Positions 20,261 through 28,561 of a stretch of 64,000 bases of DNA are shown one piece after another. The notes beneath the pieces are model-generated. The model was given only the letters and a program-made list of their open reading frames with translations, was not told the DNA's origin and did not search any database. The translations under genes were made by a program, and so were the position numbers. This DNA comes from Thermoanaerobaculia bacterium. GTDB taxonomy: Bacteria; Acidobacteriota; Thermoanaerobaculia; Gp7-AA8. Within the stretch, counting starts at the first letter, position 1, and each line of letters begins with the position of its first letter. The stretch covers positions 2,482 to 66,481 of the forward strand of contig DATELQ010000037.1 in assembly GCA_035276475.1 (NCBI GenBank), given 5' to 3'.

Positions 20261-21880
20261 TTATCGCCGCCGGAACCGCGACAACGTCGCCATGGCCTCG
20301 GGTAACCCCACCGCGATGGCCGCGCCGAAATAGACGGCCCCGAACACGCCCGCCACGAGCATGGCCTGAAGAATATGGTTGTGCGGCCCGATCCACAGGT
20401 TGAACGCGTTCGCGACGAGGGCGGCGGCGACGGCCGAGGCCCAGAGGCGGCCGAGGAACGACGGCGCCAGGCGCACGGCGCCGATGCGCCGGGCCAGCGC
20501 GCGGCGGAGCAGCGCGAACTCGATCCAGCCCGCCATCCCCGCCGAGGCGGTCAGGCCGATCGCGCCGAAGAGCGATTCCCCTTCCGTCAGCTGCGGCACG
20601 CGCAGGTGCAGCAGGCGAATGGCGTCGATGATGTACGGCCGCAGCGGAAACGCGAAGAGCACGCCGAGCACCGCCGTCAGGCTCACGCGGACGACGGCGA
20701 AACGCAGCGGCGTCTTCGGATCGCGCAACGCATAGAACGCGGATGAGTACAAACGCCCGAGGGTGACGGCGAGGAGGCCGACCGTCGAGCCGATCAGGAT
20801 GTACCAGACGTACAGCGTATCCTCGCCGCGGAACTGGCCCGTCTCGTACAGCGCCGCGACAAGCACGCGCCCGATGAAGATGAAGGCGATGACCGACGGC
20901 ACGACGAAGAAGGCGATCTGGCGGAGGCCGCGCTCGAGCCGCTTTCGCAGCGTGGCGTGGATCTCCTCGTCCGAGCCGAGCGTCCCCGACATCTGCGGCA
21001 GCTCCGCCGCCGCCACCGACATCCCGAAGAGGCTGATCGGCAGAAAGTAGATGGTCTGCGCGTACGCGAGGCCCGACACGGCCGCCGTGCCGAGGTAGCT
21101 AGCGATGACCTGGTCGATGTAGCCGCTCAGCTGCACGACGCCGCGGCCGATGACGACGGGAAAGAACGCCCGGATGACTTCGCGCACCGGCGCCAGTGCC
21201 GTCGTCAGCGCCAGGCGGATCCGCGGCGCGTAGCGCCAGACGAACGGCACCTGAATCCCGAACTGCAGCGCCGATCCCGCCACCGTCCCCCACGCCAGAG
21301 CGATGGCGAGCTTCGGCTGGGTCGTGCGCGTGCCGAAGTAGATGAGCGTCGCGATCATGGCCGCGTTCCAGAACACCGGCGCGACGTACGAGAGGAAGAA
21401 CTTGCGGTGGCTGTTCAGCACGCCGAGGCACCAGGCGGAGAAGACCAGGAGCCCAGTCGCGGGAAAGAGGATCTGCACGATGCGGATCGTCAAGAGGCGC
21501 ACGTCGCCATGAAAGCCGGGCGCGATGAGGTCGATGATCCACGGCGTGATGAGCACGCAGACGAGGACGATCGCTCCGACGACGACCGCGAGGAGCGCGA
21601 AGATGACGCCGGCGACGCGGCCGGCCATCTCCTCATCGTCTTCCGCGAGTAGGCGCGCGTAGACCGGGATGAACGACGCGGAGAGGACCCCTTCGCCGAA
21701 GAGGTTCTGCAGGAAGTTCGGGATCTTCAGCGCGGCTTTGAACGCGCCCGCGGCGGCGGAGTTGCCGAGGTAGTGCGCGAAGACGCGCTCCCGGACGAGC
21801 CCAGCCACGCGGCTCAGGAAAATCCCCGCCGCGACGAGCACTGCGAAGCCCGCACGCGGGCGTGAATTCACCTCGGACAC
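20261..21880 (-). CDS. murJ: lipid II flippase MurJ (MviN)
   Basis: 539 aa, 14-TM; N-terminal LSRVAGLVRERVFAHYLGNSAAAGAFKAALKIPNFLQNLFGEGVLSASFIPV is the MurJ signature region. Confidence 0.85.
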   Translation of the reverse strand: MSEVNSRPRAGFAVLVAAGIFLSRVAGLVRERVFAHYLGNSAAAGAFKAALKIPNFLQNLFGEGVLSASFIPVYARLLAEDDEEMAGRVAGVIFALLAVVVGAIVLVCVLITPWIIDLIAPGFHGDVRLLTIRIVQILFPATGLLVFSAWCLGVLNSHRKFFLSYVAPVFWNAAMIATLIYFGTRTTQPKLAIALAWGTVAGSALQFGIQVPFVWRYAPRIRLALTTALAPVREVIRAFFPVVIGRGVVQLSGYIDQVIASYLGTAAVSGLAYAQTIYFLPISLFGMSVAAAELPQMSGTLGSDEEIHATLRKRLERGLRQIAFFVVPSVIAFIFIGRVLVAALYETGQFRGEDTLYVWYILIGSTVGLLAVTLGRLYSSAFYALRDPKTPLRFAVVRVSLTAVLGVLFAFPLRPYIIDAIRLLHLRVPQLTEGESLFGAIGLTASAGMAGWIEFALLRRALARRIGAVRLAPSFLGRLWASAVAAALVANAFNLWIGPHNHILQAMLVAGVFGAVYFGAAIAVGLPEAMATLSRFRRR

Positions 21881-21903
21881 GCGGCGTTAAGATACCTCCA
21901 CTG

Positions 21904-23037
21904 ATGGAGCCTCACTCCCCGATCCGTATTGCAGGTGCCGGGCCGTCCGGCCTCGCCGCAGCGATCACTCTCGCGCGCGCCGGGCGCGCGGTGGAGGTGC
22001 ACGAGGCCAAGCGCGACGTCGGCATGCGCTTCATCGGCGACCTGCAGGTGATCGAAGGCGCCTCGGAATCGGAAGCCGTCCCGGCGTTCCTCGACCGCAT
22101 CGGCATCGAGCGCAATTTCTACTTCCGCCCGGCGACGTGGGCGACGTTCTACGACCACCGCGGCGTGGCCCGCACGATCCGCTCGGGCGAGCCGTACGGC
22201 TACTTCATCCGCCGCGGCGCCGAGGAGGGAACGCTCGACCGTGGGCTCCTCGCGCAGGCGCGCGCCCTCGGCGTCGACGTCAGGTTCAACTCGCGCCTGG
22301 CGGAGGCGGACATCATCGCCACCGGCCCCGCGGCGCCCGACGGCCTGGCGCGCGAGATGACGTGGCGCACGAGCGACGACGAGCGCATCGACGTCTTCTT
22401 CAACCATCACCTCTCGCCCGGCGGCTACTCGTACCTCTTCATCCTCGACGGCATCGCCACGTTCGGCTGCGCGATCGTCGCCGACTTCAAGCGCATCGAC
22501 GACTACTTCGAGCATTCGCTCGCGGCCGCGCAGGCGCTGCATCCGTTCACTGTCCCGGGCGAAACGCGCACCGGCTACTCGTACATGAACTTTCATCTGA
22601 AGGCGGAGGCGAAGTCGAACGGCACGCGCTACGTCGGCGAGGCCGCCGGCTTTCAGGACTACCTCTTCGGCCTCGGCATCCGCTACGCGCTGACGAGCGG
22701 CTGGCTCGCCGCGCAGAGCATTCTCGAAGGGCGGCCGTTCGACAGCAGCGCGCTGGCGATGAAGCAGGAGACGAGTCTCGTCAATCGATTCCTCTACGAG
22801 GCCGGCGGCAACTTCGGGCTGTCGATGTTCGTCCGCCAGGCCGCGCACGCGAAGGACTTCCAGCGCTATCTCCGCGGATGGCATCAGCGGCGCTGGTGGA
22901 AACGGCTGCTCTCGCCGTTCGTGCACCGCGTCTGGCGCCACGAAGGCCGCTGCGCGCATCGCGCCGCCGAGCATTGGTGCCGCGCGCGCGACACGGAGAT
23001 GAAGGTGCCGCCGCTCGGCCCGGTGGCGGGCGCATGA
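21904..23037 (+). CDS. FAD/NAD(P)-binding oxidoreductase (geranylgeranyl-reductase-like)
   Basis: Start at MEPHSPIRIAGAGPSGLAAA (Rossmann GxGxxG); 23-bp divergent spacer from murJ. Confidence 0.6.
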   Translation: MEPHSPIRIAGAGPSGLAAAITLARAGRAVEVHEAKRDVGMRFIGDLQVIEGASESEAVPAFLDRIGIERNFYFRPATWATFYDHRGVARTIRSGEPYGYFIRRGAEEGTLDRGLLAQARALGVDVRFNSRLAEADIIATGPAAPDGLAREMTWRTSDDERIDVFFNHHLSPGGYSYLFILDGIATFGCAIVADFKRIDDYFEHSLAAAQALHPFTVPGETRTGYSYMNFHLKAEAKSNGTRYVGEAAGFQDYLFGLGIRYALTSGWLAAQSILEGRPFDSSALAMKQETSLVNRFLYEAGGNFGLSMFVRQAAHAKDFQRYLRGWHQRRWWKRLLSPFVHRVWRHEGRCAHRAAEHWCRARDTEMKVPPLGPVAGA

Positions 23038-23912
23038 CCGCGGACGCGCTGCCGCTGCCGCAGGCGCCGACGGTCGACGAGGCCTACGCATTCTGCCGCC
23101 GGATCGCGCACCGGTACGGGGCGAACTTTTCGGTCGGCTTTCGCTTTCTGCCGCGCGTGAAGCGCCGCGCGGTGTACGCGGCGTACGCGTTTTGCCGCTG
23201 GGCGGACGACATCGCCGACGAGCCGGGCGACGACGTGCTGCGCCGCCTCGATCAATGGCAGGTGGAGCTCGACCGCTGCTACGCCGCCCAGCCCACCCAC
23301 CCCATCACCGTCGCTCTCGCCGACGCGCTGCAGCACTTCGCCATCCCGAAGTCCGCGTTCGCCGCGCTCATCGACGGCTGCCGGCAGGACGTGGTCAAGC
23401 ATCGCTACGCAACGTTCGATGAGCTGCTGCACTACTGCGAGCTCGTGGCGACGTCGATCTCCGACATTTCTCTCGCGATCTTCGGCTACCGCACGGACGC
23501 TGCGATCGGCTACGGCCGCAATCTCGCCACGGCGCTGCAACTCACCAACGTCACGCGCGACGTCGGCGACGACCTGGCGCGCGACCGCATCTACATTCCG
23601 TCCGCGGAGCTGCGCGAGTTCGGTGTGAGCGAGGAGGAGCTGATCGCGAAGTCGGAGAGCGACCGCTTGCGCCGCCTCATCGAGTTCCAGATCGATCGCG
23701 CCGAGTCGTACTTCCGCGCCGCCGAGCCGCTCCTGGGCGAGCTCTCCGCCGACGCGCGCTTCCCCGTCATCCTCATGGGTGGCGTCTACGCGACCGTGCT
23801 CCAGCGCCTGCGCCGCGACCCGCTCGCCGTCCTGCGTTACCGGATGTCGCTGTCGCGCGTCCAAAAGATCATTGTGGTTCTGCGGAGGATTTTCCGGCCG
23901 CACTTTGTTTGA
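23034..23912 (+). CDS. squalene/phytoene synthase family protein (HpnD/CrtB-like)
   Basis: 292 aa; YAFCRRIAHRYGANFSVGFRFLPRVKRRAVYAAYAFCRWADDIADE and later DRIYIP aspartate-rich motifs; ATGA overlap with upstream oxidoreductase. Confidence 0.75.
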   Translation: MTADALPLPQAPTVDEAYAFCRRIAHRYGANFSVGFRFLPRVKRRAVYAAYAFCRWADDIADEPGDDVLRRLDQWQVELDRCYAAQPTHPITVALADALQHFAIPKSAFAALIDGCRQDVVKHRYATFDELLHYCELVATSISDISLAIFGYRTDAAIGYGRNLATALQLTNVTRDVGDDLARDRIYIPSAELREFGVSEEELIAKSESDRLRRLIEFQIDRAESYFRAAEPLLGELSADARFPVILMGGVYATVLQRLRRDPLAVLRYRMSLSRVQKIIVVLRRIFRPHFV

Positions 23913-23922
23913 AGACCGAACG

Positions 23923-24729
23923 ATGCCTCGGATTTCCCTCATCGCCGCCGTGCTCCTCGCCGCGAACGTCGCGTTCGCGCAGGCGCCCGAACCACCGGCG
24001 GCGGCGGAAGCGCCGAGCGCGACGGTAATGGTGCCGGTCGTCGGCAAGGTCTTCGGCGCCGGCTCGGTGCAGTGGCGCACGGACGTCGATCTTATCAACA
24101 ACCTCGGCCGCCCCGTGAAGGTCATGCTGTCGCTCCCGACCGCGCCCGACCCCGAGGACGCGTGGATCTTCTTCGAGCTCCCCGCCGGCGCGACGCAGCG
24201 CTTCACCGACGTCATCGCCTCCTTCAACATGGACCGCGCGCTCTCGCCGCTGATGGTGAAGACGCTCAACAGCAAGCAGCCGATCCGGGTCAACGCCACG
24301 GTCTACGCCGTGAAGCTCGACGAGCCGGGGACACCAATCCATCCGGAGCCGATCGCCGTCGCCTACGCCGACGCGTTCTATCCGCTGCGCGCGCTCTACG
24401 GCCTCTCCTTCAGCGACGCCTTCCGGACGAACATCGGCCTGGCGAACCTCGGCGAGAATCCGGCGCTCTTCACCATCGCCCTGCAGCGCGTCAGCGGCCG
24501 CAACATCGCTGTCACGCAGCTGACCGTGCCGCCGGGGACGCTGTGGCACACGTCGATCCAGGCCCTCTTTCCGCTGATCACGAAGGGCGATGACTTCTCG
24601 CTCCTCATCGAGACCGGCTCGCGGGCGACGTACGTCTACGGCTCGGTGATCGAGAACGCCACGAACAACGCGCGCTTCATCGAGCCGTCCATCGCCACGA
24701 ACATGCAGAGCGCCTCGACATCGCAGTAG
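23923..24729 (+). CDS. secreted hypothetical protein
   Basis: 268 aa from MPRISLIAAVLLAANVAFAQ signal peptide; no recognised family. Confidence 0.5.
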   Translation: MPRISLIAAVLLAANVAFAQAPEPPAAAEAPSATVMVPVVGKVFGAGSVQWRTDVDLINNLGRPVKVMLSLPTAPDPEDAWIFFELPAGATQRFTDVIASFNMDRALSPLMVKTLNSKQPIRVNATVYAVKLDEPGTPIHPEPIAVAYADAFYPLRALYGLSFSDAFRTNIGLANLGENPALFTIALQRVSGRNIAVTQLTVPPGTLWHTSIQALFPLITKGDDFSLLIETGSRATYVYGSVIENATNNARFIEPSIATNMQSASTSQ

Positions 24730-24744
24730 TAGAATTTCGCCGCG

Positions 24745-24909
24745 ATGGACGAGCCCGAATACCTGATCTGCCTGCAGTGCGAGACGCCGACGTACCAGTT
24801 CGAGTACGTGAACGGCAAGCTGGCCACGGTCGTTTGCAACACCTGCGGCGCCGACGACGTCTCCGACTTCGTCACGGAGTCGGAGCTCGAAGAGCAGACC
24901 GGCGGATGA
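24745..24909 (+). CDS. small zinc-ribbon-like protein (54 aa), not present in the 60-aa ORF track
   Basis: MDEPEYLICLQCETPTYQFEYVNGKLATVVCNTCGADDVSDFVTESELEEQTGG; CxxC-N22-CxxC; stop overlaps udk start (ATGA). Confidence 0.5.
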   Translation: MDEPEYLICLQCETPTYQFEYVNGKLATVVCNTCGADDVSDFVTESELEEQTGG

Positions 24910-25523
24910 AGACGCCGGTCATCATCGGGATCGCCGGCGGCACCGGCTCCGGCAAGACGACGGTCGCGCGCGCGATCTACGACCGCGTCGGCCGCGACCG
25001 CATCGAGTGGATCTCCCACGACTCGTACTACCGCAACTTCGACGCGCTGTCCGCCGAGGAGCGGACGAAGATCAACTTCGACCACCCCGACTCGCTGGAG
25101 ACGGAGCTCCTGATTCGCCACCTCGACGTGCTGATCAAAGGCTCCTCGGTGGAGGTGCCGGTCTACGACTTCGCCACGCACTCGCGCAAGGCGGAGACGC
25201 AGCGCGTCGAGCCGCGCAAGGTGATCATCGTGGAAGGGATTCTCGTCCTCGCCGAGCCGGAGCTGCGCAAGCGCCTCGGCATCAAGCTCTTCGTCGACAC
25301 GCCCGCCGACATCCGTTTCGTGCGCCGGCTCACCCGCGACATCGAGTCGCGCGGCCGGTCGCTACGCTCCGTCGTCGAGCAGTACATGACGACCGTGCGC
25401 CCGATGCACGAGGAGTTCGTCGAGCCGTCCAAGCGGCACGCGGATCTGATCATCCCGGAGGGTGGGGAAAATCAGGTGGCGCTCGACGCGATCATTTCTC
25501 GCGTCGAGCATTTGTTAGCGTAA
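24906..25523 (+). CDS. udk: uridine kinase
   Basis: MKTPVIIGIAGGTGSGKTTVARAIYDRV P-loop; whole-length similarity to bacterial Udk (FVDTPADIRFVRRLTRD, RGRSLRSVVEQY). Confidence 0.9.
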   Translation: MKTPVIIGIAGGTGSGKTTVARAIYDRVGRDRIEWISHDSYYRNFDALSAEERTKINFDHPDSLETELLIRHLDVLIKGSSVEVPVYDFATHSRKAETQRVEPRKVIIVEGILVLAEPELRKRLGIKLFVDTPADIRFVRRLTRDIESRGRSLRSVVEQYMTTVRPMHEEFVEPSKRHADLIIPEGGENQVALDAIISRVEHLLA

Positions 25524-27587
25524 CTGCCATTCGAGGAACGCGATCGTCTCCGCCGCGTTGTTGACCTGCACCTTCAGCGGATCGCCGCCGGAGTGGCCGC
25601 CGCTGACGTGGTAGCGGATCATCACCGGGTTGTCGGAGCCGGTGCTGTTCTGCATCAGCGCGGCCATCTTCCGCGCGTGCAGCGGCGCCACGCGCGTGTC
25701 GGCGTCGCCGGTGATGAAGAGCACCGCCGGGTACTTCGTCCCCTTCGTCACGTGCTGGTACGGCGAGTACGCGTAGAGCCACTTGAACTGCTCGGGATCG
25801 TCGGCCGAGCCGTACTCCGGCACCCAGTACGAGCCGACGAGGAACTTGTGATAGCGCAGCATGTCGACGAGCGGATAGCTGCAGACGACCGCCTGCGCGA
25901 GGTCGGGGCGCTGCGTCAGGAACGCCGTCACCAGGAGCCCGCCGTTCGAGCCGCCGCTGATACCGAGGTGGCGCGGCGAGGTGTACTTCTGATCGACGAG
26001 ATACTGCGCCGCGGCGATGAAATCGTCGAACGTGTTCTGCTTCTGCGCCAGCATCCCGGCGTGGTGCCACGCCTCCCCGAACTCGCCGCCGCCGCGCAGA
26101 TTCGGCAGCGCGTAGATGCCGCCGTGCTCCGCCCACGTCACCGCGCTCGTCGAGAATCCGGGCGACTGGCTCAAGAGAAATCCGCCGTAGCCCGTCAGCC
26201 ACGTCGGGTTCGCGCCGTTGCGCTGCAGACCCTTCTTGTAGAAGAGGAACATCGGGATCTTCGTCCCATCCTTCGACGCGTACCACACCTGCTCGACCGT
26301 GAAGTCTTCGGTCTTGACCGGCACGTTCGGCCGGAAGAAGACGCTGCTCTTCTCCGTCGCGGTGTCGTACGTGTAGATCGTCGACGGCAGTGCGAACGAC
26401 GTGAAGCGGTAGAACGCCAGCGGCGACGACCAGCGGCCGCCGACGTCGCTCAAGGAACCGAGGACGTCGAACTTGATCTCTTCGTGCTTCTTGCCGGTGA
26501 GGTCGTAGGCGATCACGCGCGGGCGCACGTTCTCGAGATAGCGGACGTACACCTTCCCGCCCACGAGCGACGTCCCCTGCAGCGCCGCGTTCTTGTTCTC
26601 CGGCACCAGCTCCTTCCAATTCTCCGTGCCCGGATTCGCGACCGGCGCGACCATCACGCGCTCGTTCGGCGCGTTCCAATCCGTCTGGATGACGAGCGTG
26701 TCGCCGGCGACGTCGGCGCTCGACTTGTTGTCGAGGTCCTTCACCACTGTCTTGATCGGGCCATCGTTGGCGATGTCCTTGACGTACACCTCGATCTTCT
26801 TCGGCGCTGCGCCGTAGTAGACGTGCATCAGCAGATAGCGTCCATCGTCAGAGAGGCCCGTGCCGATGATCTTCTCGGGGCCGTAGCCGTCGCCGAAGAG
26901 CTTCTCCTCCGCGCCGCCGGCCACGGGGCGGCGGTAGACGCGGTCGCCTTCGCTGTCTTTGCGCGAGTAGTAGACCGTGCGGCCGTCGGGCGTCACGGAG
27001 GTTCCGGAGTAGCGCGCGGTCGCCAGAGGCTGGCCGACGTCGTGGCGCGCGTCGACGTCGAAGAAGCGCGTCTCTGTCTCGTCGGCGCCGCCGTGGCGGA
27101 CGTAGTACGCGAGGAGCTTCCCATCGTCAGTGAGGTCCTGAATCCCGACGCTCGTCGTGTGCTTCGGGTCCATCGGCAGCGGGTCGATGAGGAGGACGTC
27201 GGGCCCGGTCGCACTCTCCCGCATGTAGATTGCGTACTGATCGGCGCCCTTCGGACGCTTGCTGAAGAAGTAGCGCCCGTTGCGGACGACCGGCGTGGAC
27301 ATCTGATCGATGTTCAACATCTCCTCGATCCGGGTCGCCGCAGCCTGTTTCTGAGGGAGATTGCCGATCAGGGCGTCGGTGTAGGCGTTCTGGCGGGTGA
27401 TCCAGTCGCGGGTTTCGGGCGCCTGCTGCTCTTCGAGCCAGCGATAGGGGTCGGTGACCGTAACTCCTTGCACCGTCTCGGTTACCGGCTTCGCTTCGGT
27501 TGCCGGCACCGCGACTCTCGAAATCTGAGTGGATGTCGCGCAGGCGACGAGAATGGTGAGTCCGACGGCAACGAGCGTGCGTTTCAT
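25515..27587 (-). CDS. prolyl oligopeptidase family S9 peptidase (prolyl endopeptidase-like), secreted
   Basis: 690 aa; signal peptide; 7-blade propeller then catalytic domain with GGSNGGLL nucleophile motif and C-terminal D/H. Confidence 0.85.
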   Translation of the reverse strand: MKRTLVAVGLTILVACATSTQISRVAVPATEAKPVTETVQGVTVTDPYRWLEEQQAPETRDWITRQNAYTDALIGNLPQKQAAATRIEEMLNIDQMSTPVVRNGRYFFSKRPKGADQYAIYMRESATGPDVLLIDPLPMDPKHTTSVGIQDLTDDGKLLAYYVRHGGADETETRFFDVDARHDVGQPLATARYSGTSVTPDGRTVYYSRKDSEGDRVYRRPVAGGAEEKLFGDGYGPEKIIGTGLSDDGRYLLMHVYYGAAPKKIEVYVKDIANDGPIKTVVKDLDNKSSADVAGDTLVIQTDWNAPNERVMVAPVANPGTENWKELVPENKNAALQGTSLVGGKVYVRYLENVRPRVIAYDLTGKKHEEIKFDVLGSLSDVGGRWSSPLAFYRFTSFALPSTIYTYDTATEKSSVFFRPNVPVKTEDFTVEQVWYASKDGTKIPMFLFYKKGLQRNGANPTWLTGYGGFLLSQSPGFSTSAVTWAEHGGIYALPNLRGGGEFGEAWHHAGMLAQKQNTFDDFIAAAQYLVDQKYTSPRHLGISGGSNGGLLVTAFLTQRPDLAQAVVCSYPLVDMLRYHKFLVGSYWVPEYGSADDPEQFKWLYAYSPYQHVTKGTKYPAVLFITGDADTRVAPLHARKMAALMQNSTGSDNPVMIRYHVSGGHSGGDPLKVQVNNAAETIAFLEWQLR

Positions 27588-27629
27588 GCCCTGATTCTAA
27601 CCTCGGAATGAACGCCCCGCTGCGCCCGG

Positions 27630-27670
27630 TTACACCGGGCCGATGTAGAATGCGCCGACGCAGAAGGGGG
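27630..27670 (+). promoter_or_regulatory. putative rpsU promoter/RBS region (TAGAAT -10-like box, G-rich SD)
   Basis: TAGAAT at about 27646-27651 and AAGGGGGGG 10 nt before ATG; weak -35. Confidence 0.3.
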
Positions 27671-27680
27671 GGATTTCGGG

Positions 27681-27887
27681 ATGCCTCTGGTTCATGTGAA
27701 AGAGGACGAGACCTTTGAAAATGCACTCCGCCGGTTCAAACGGAAATGCGAGAAGTCGGGAATCCTCTCCGAGTTGAAGAAGCGGCAGCATTACGAGAAG
27801 CCGAGCACGAAGCGGAAGCGGAAAGCAATCGCAGCGCGCAAGAAAGTGCTGCGGAAGCTCGCCGAAGAGCGCCGCGCCGGCTACTAA
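27681..27887 (+). CDS. rpsU: 30S ribosomal protein S21
   Basis: 68 aa; [48 protein letters not shown]. Confidence 0.95.
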   Translation: MPLVHVKEDETFENALRRFKRKCEKSGILSELKKRQHYEKPSTKRKRKAIAARKKVLRKLAEERRAGY

Positions 27888-27910
27888 CCGGAACGACGAC
27901 ACGAACCGAA

Positions 27911-27942
27911 GGGACCTGCCTCGCAGGTCCCTTTCTTTTTTG
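27911..27942 (+). terminator. intrinsic terminator after rpsU
   Basis: gggacctgc-ctc-gcaggtccc stem (9 bp) followed by tttctttttt. Confidence 0.8.
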
Positions 27943-27990
27943 GTAGCCTTCCCCCGTCACCCCCAACCCAGGCGAAGTCGGAAGGGCGTT

Positions 27991-28506
27991 TTGAGTTACG
28001 CGCTCGCGCTTCTGCTGCTCCTCCTCGGCCGCGCCGCCGCCGCGCCGCCGAAGCCGCTGGCCGGCTACAACGAAGCTGTCGTCGAGCGCTTCTCGATCAT
28101 CAAAGGATGCAACCTCGCGCCGACGCTGTCCGACGTCGTGCAGCAAACGGTGGTGTCGCGCCTGCGGACGAAGAAGCTCGTCGCGGTGATCGACCGCCTC
28201 GACGCCGACGACGAGGAGCTGGCGAAGGCGCCGCCGGCGGACGGCGTGAAGCGGATGACGGTGACGGCGACGATCGTCGAGTTCGCGCGCGGCAGCCAGA
28301 CCGCGCGCTCGATGGGCATCGGCGCCGGCGCGACGAAGCTGCGCGTCCGCTTCATCTTCAAGGATGCGGTGACCGGCGCCGAGCTCTTCACGACCGAGCG
28401 CCTCGGCCGCTACAGCTACGGCAGCGGCACGAACGAGGCGGGCTTCAGCGCCGCGGCCGGCGAGGTGGTGGATGGGCTGATCGCGGAGATGGAGAAGAAC
28501 CGCTGA
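27991..28506 (+). CDS. secreted hypothetical protein
   Basis: Start moved to in-frame TTG after the rpsU terminator (GGAAGGG SD 5 nt upstream); hydrophobic signal LSYALALLLLLLGRAAAAP; no recognised family. Confidence 0.5.
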   Translation: MSYALALLLLLLGRAAAAPPKPLAGYNEAVVERFSIIKGCNLAPTLSDVVQQTVVSRLRTKKLVAVIDRLDADDEELAKAPPADGVKRMTVTATIVEFARGSQTARSMGIGAGATKLRVRFIFKDAVTGAELFTTERLGRYSYGSGTNEAGFSAAAGEVVDGLIAEMEKNR

Positions 28507-28561
28507 ATCCCGAATCGCGAATTCGGAATTCGGAATTCGCAATTCACGTCTACTGCCCCGC

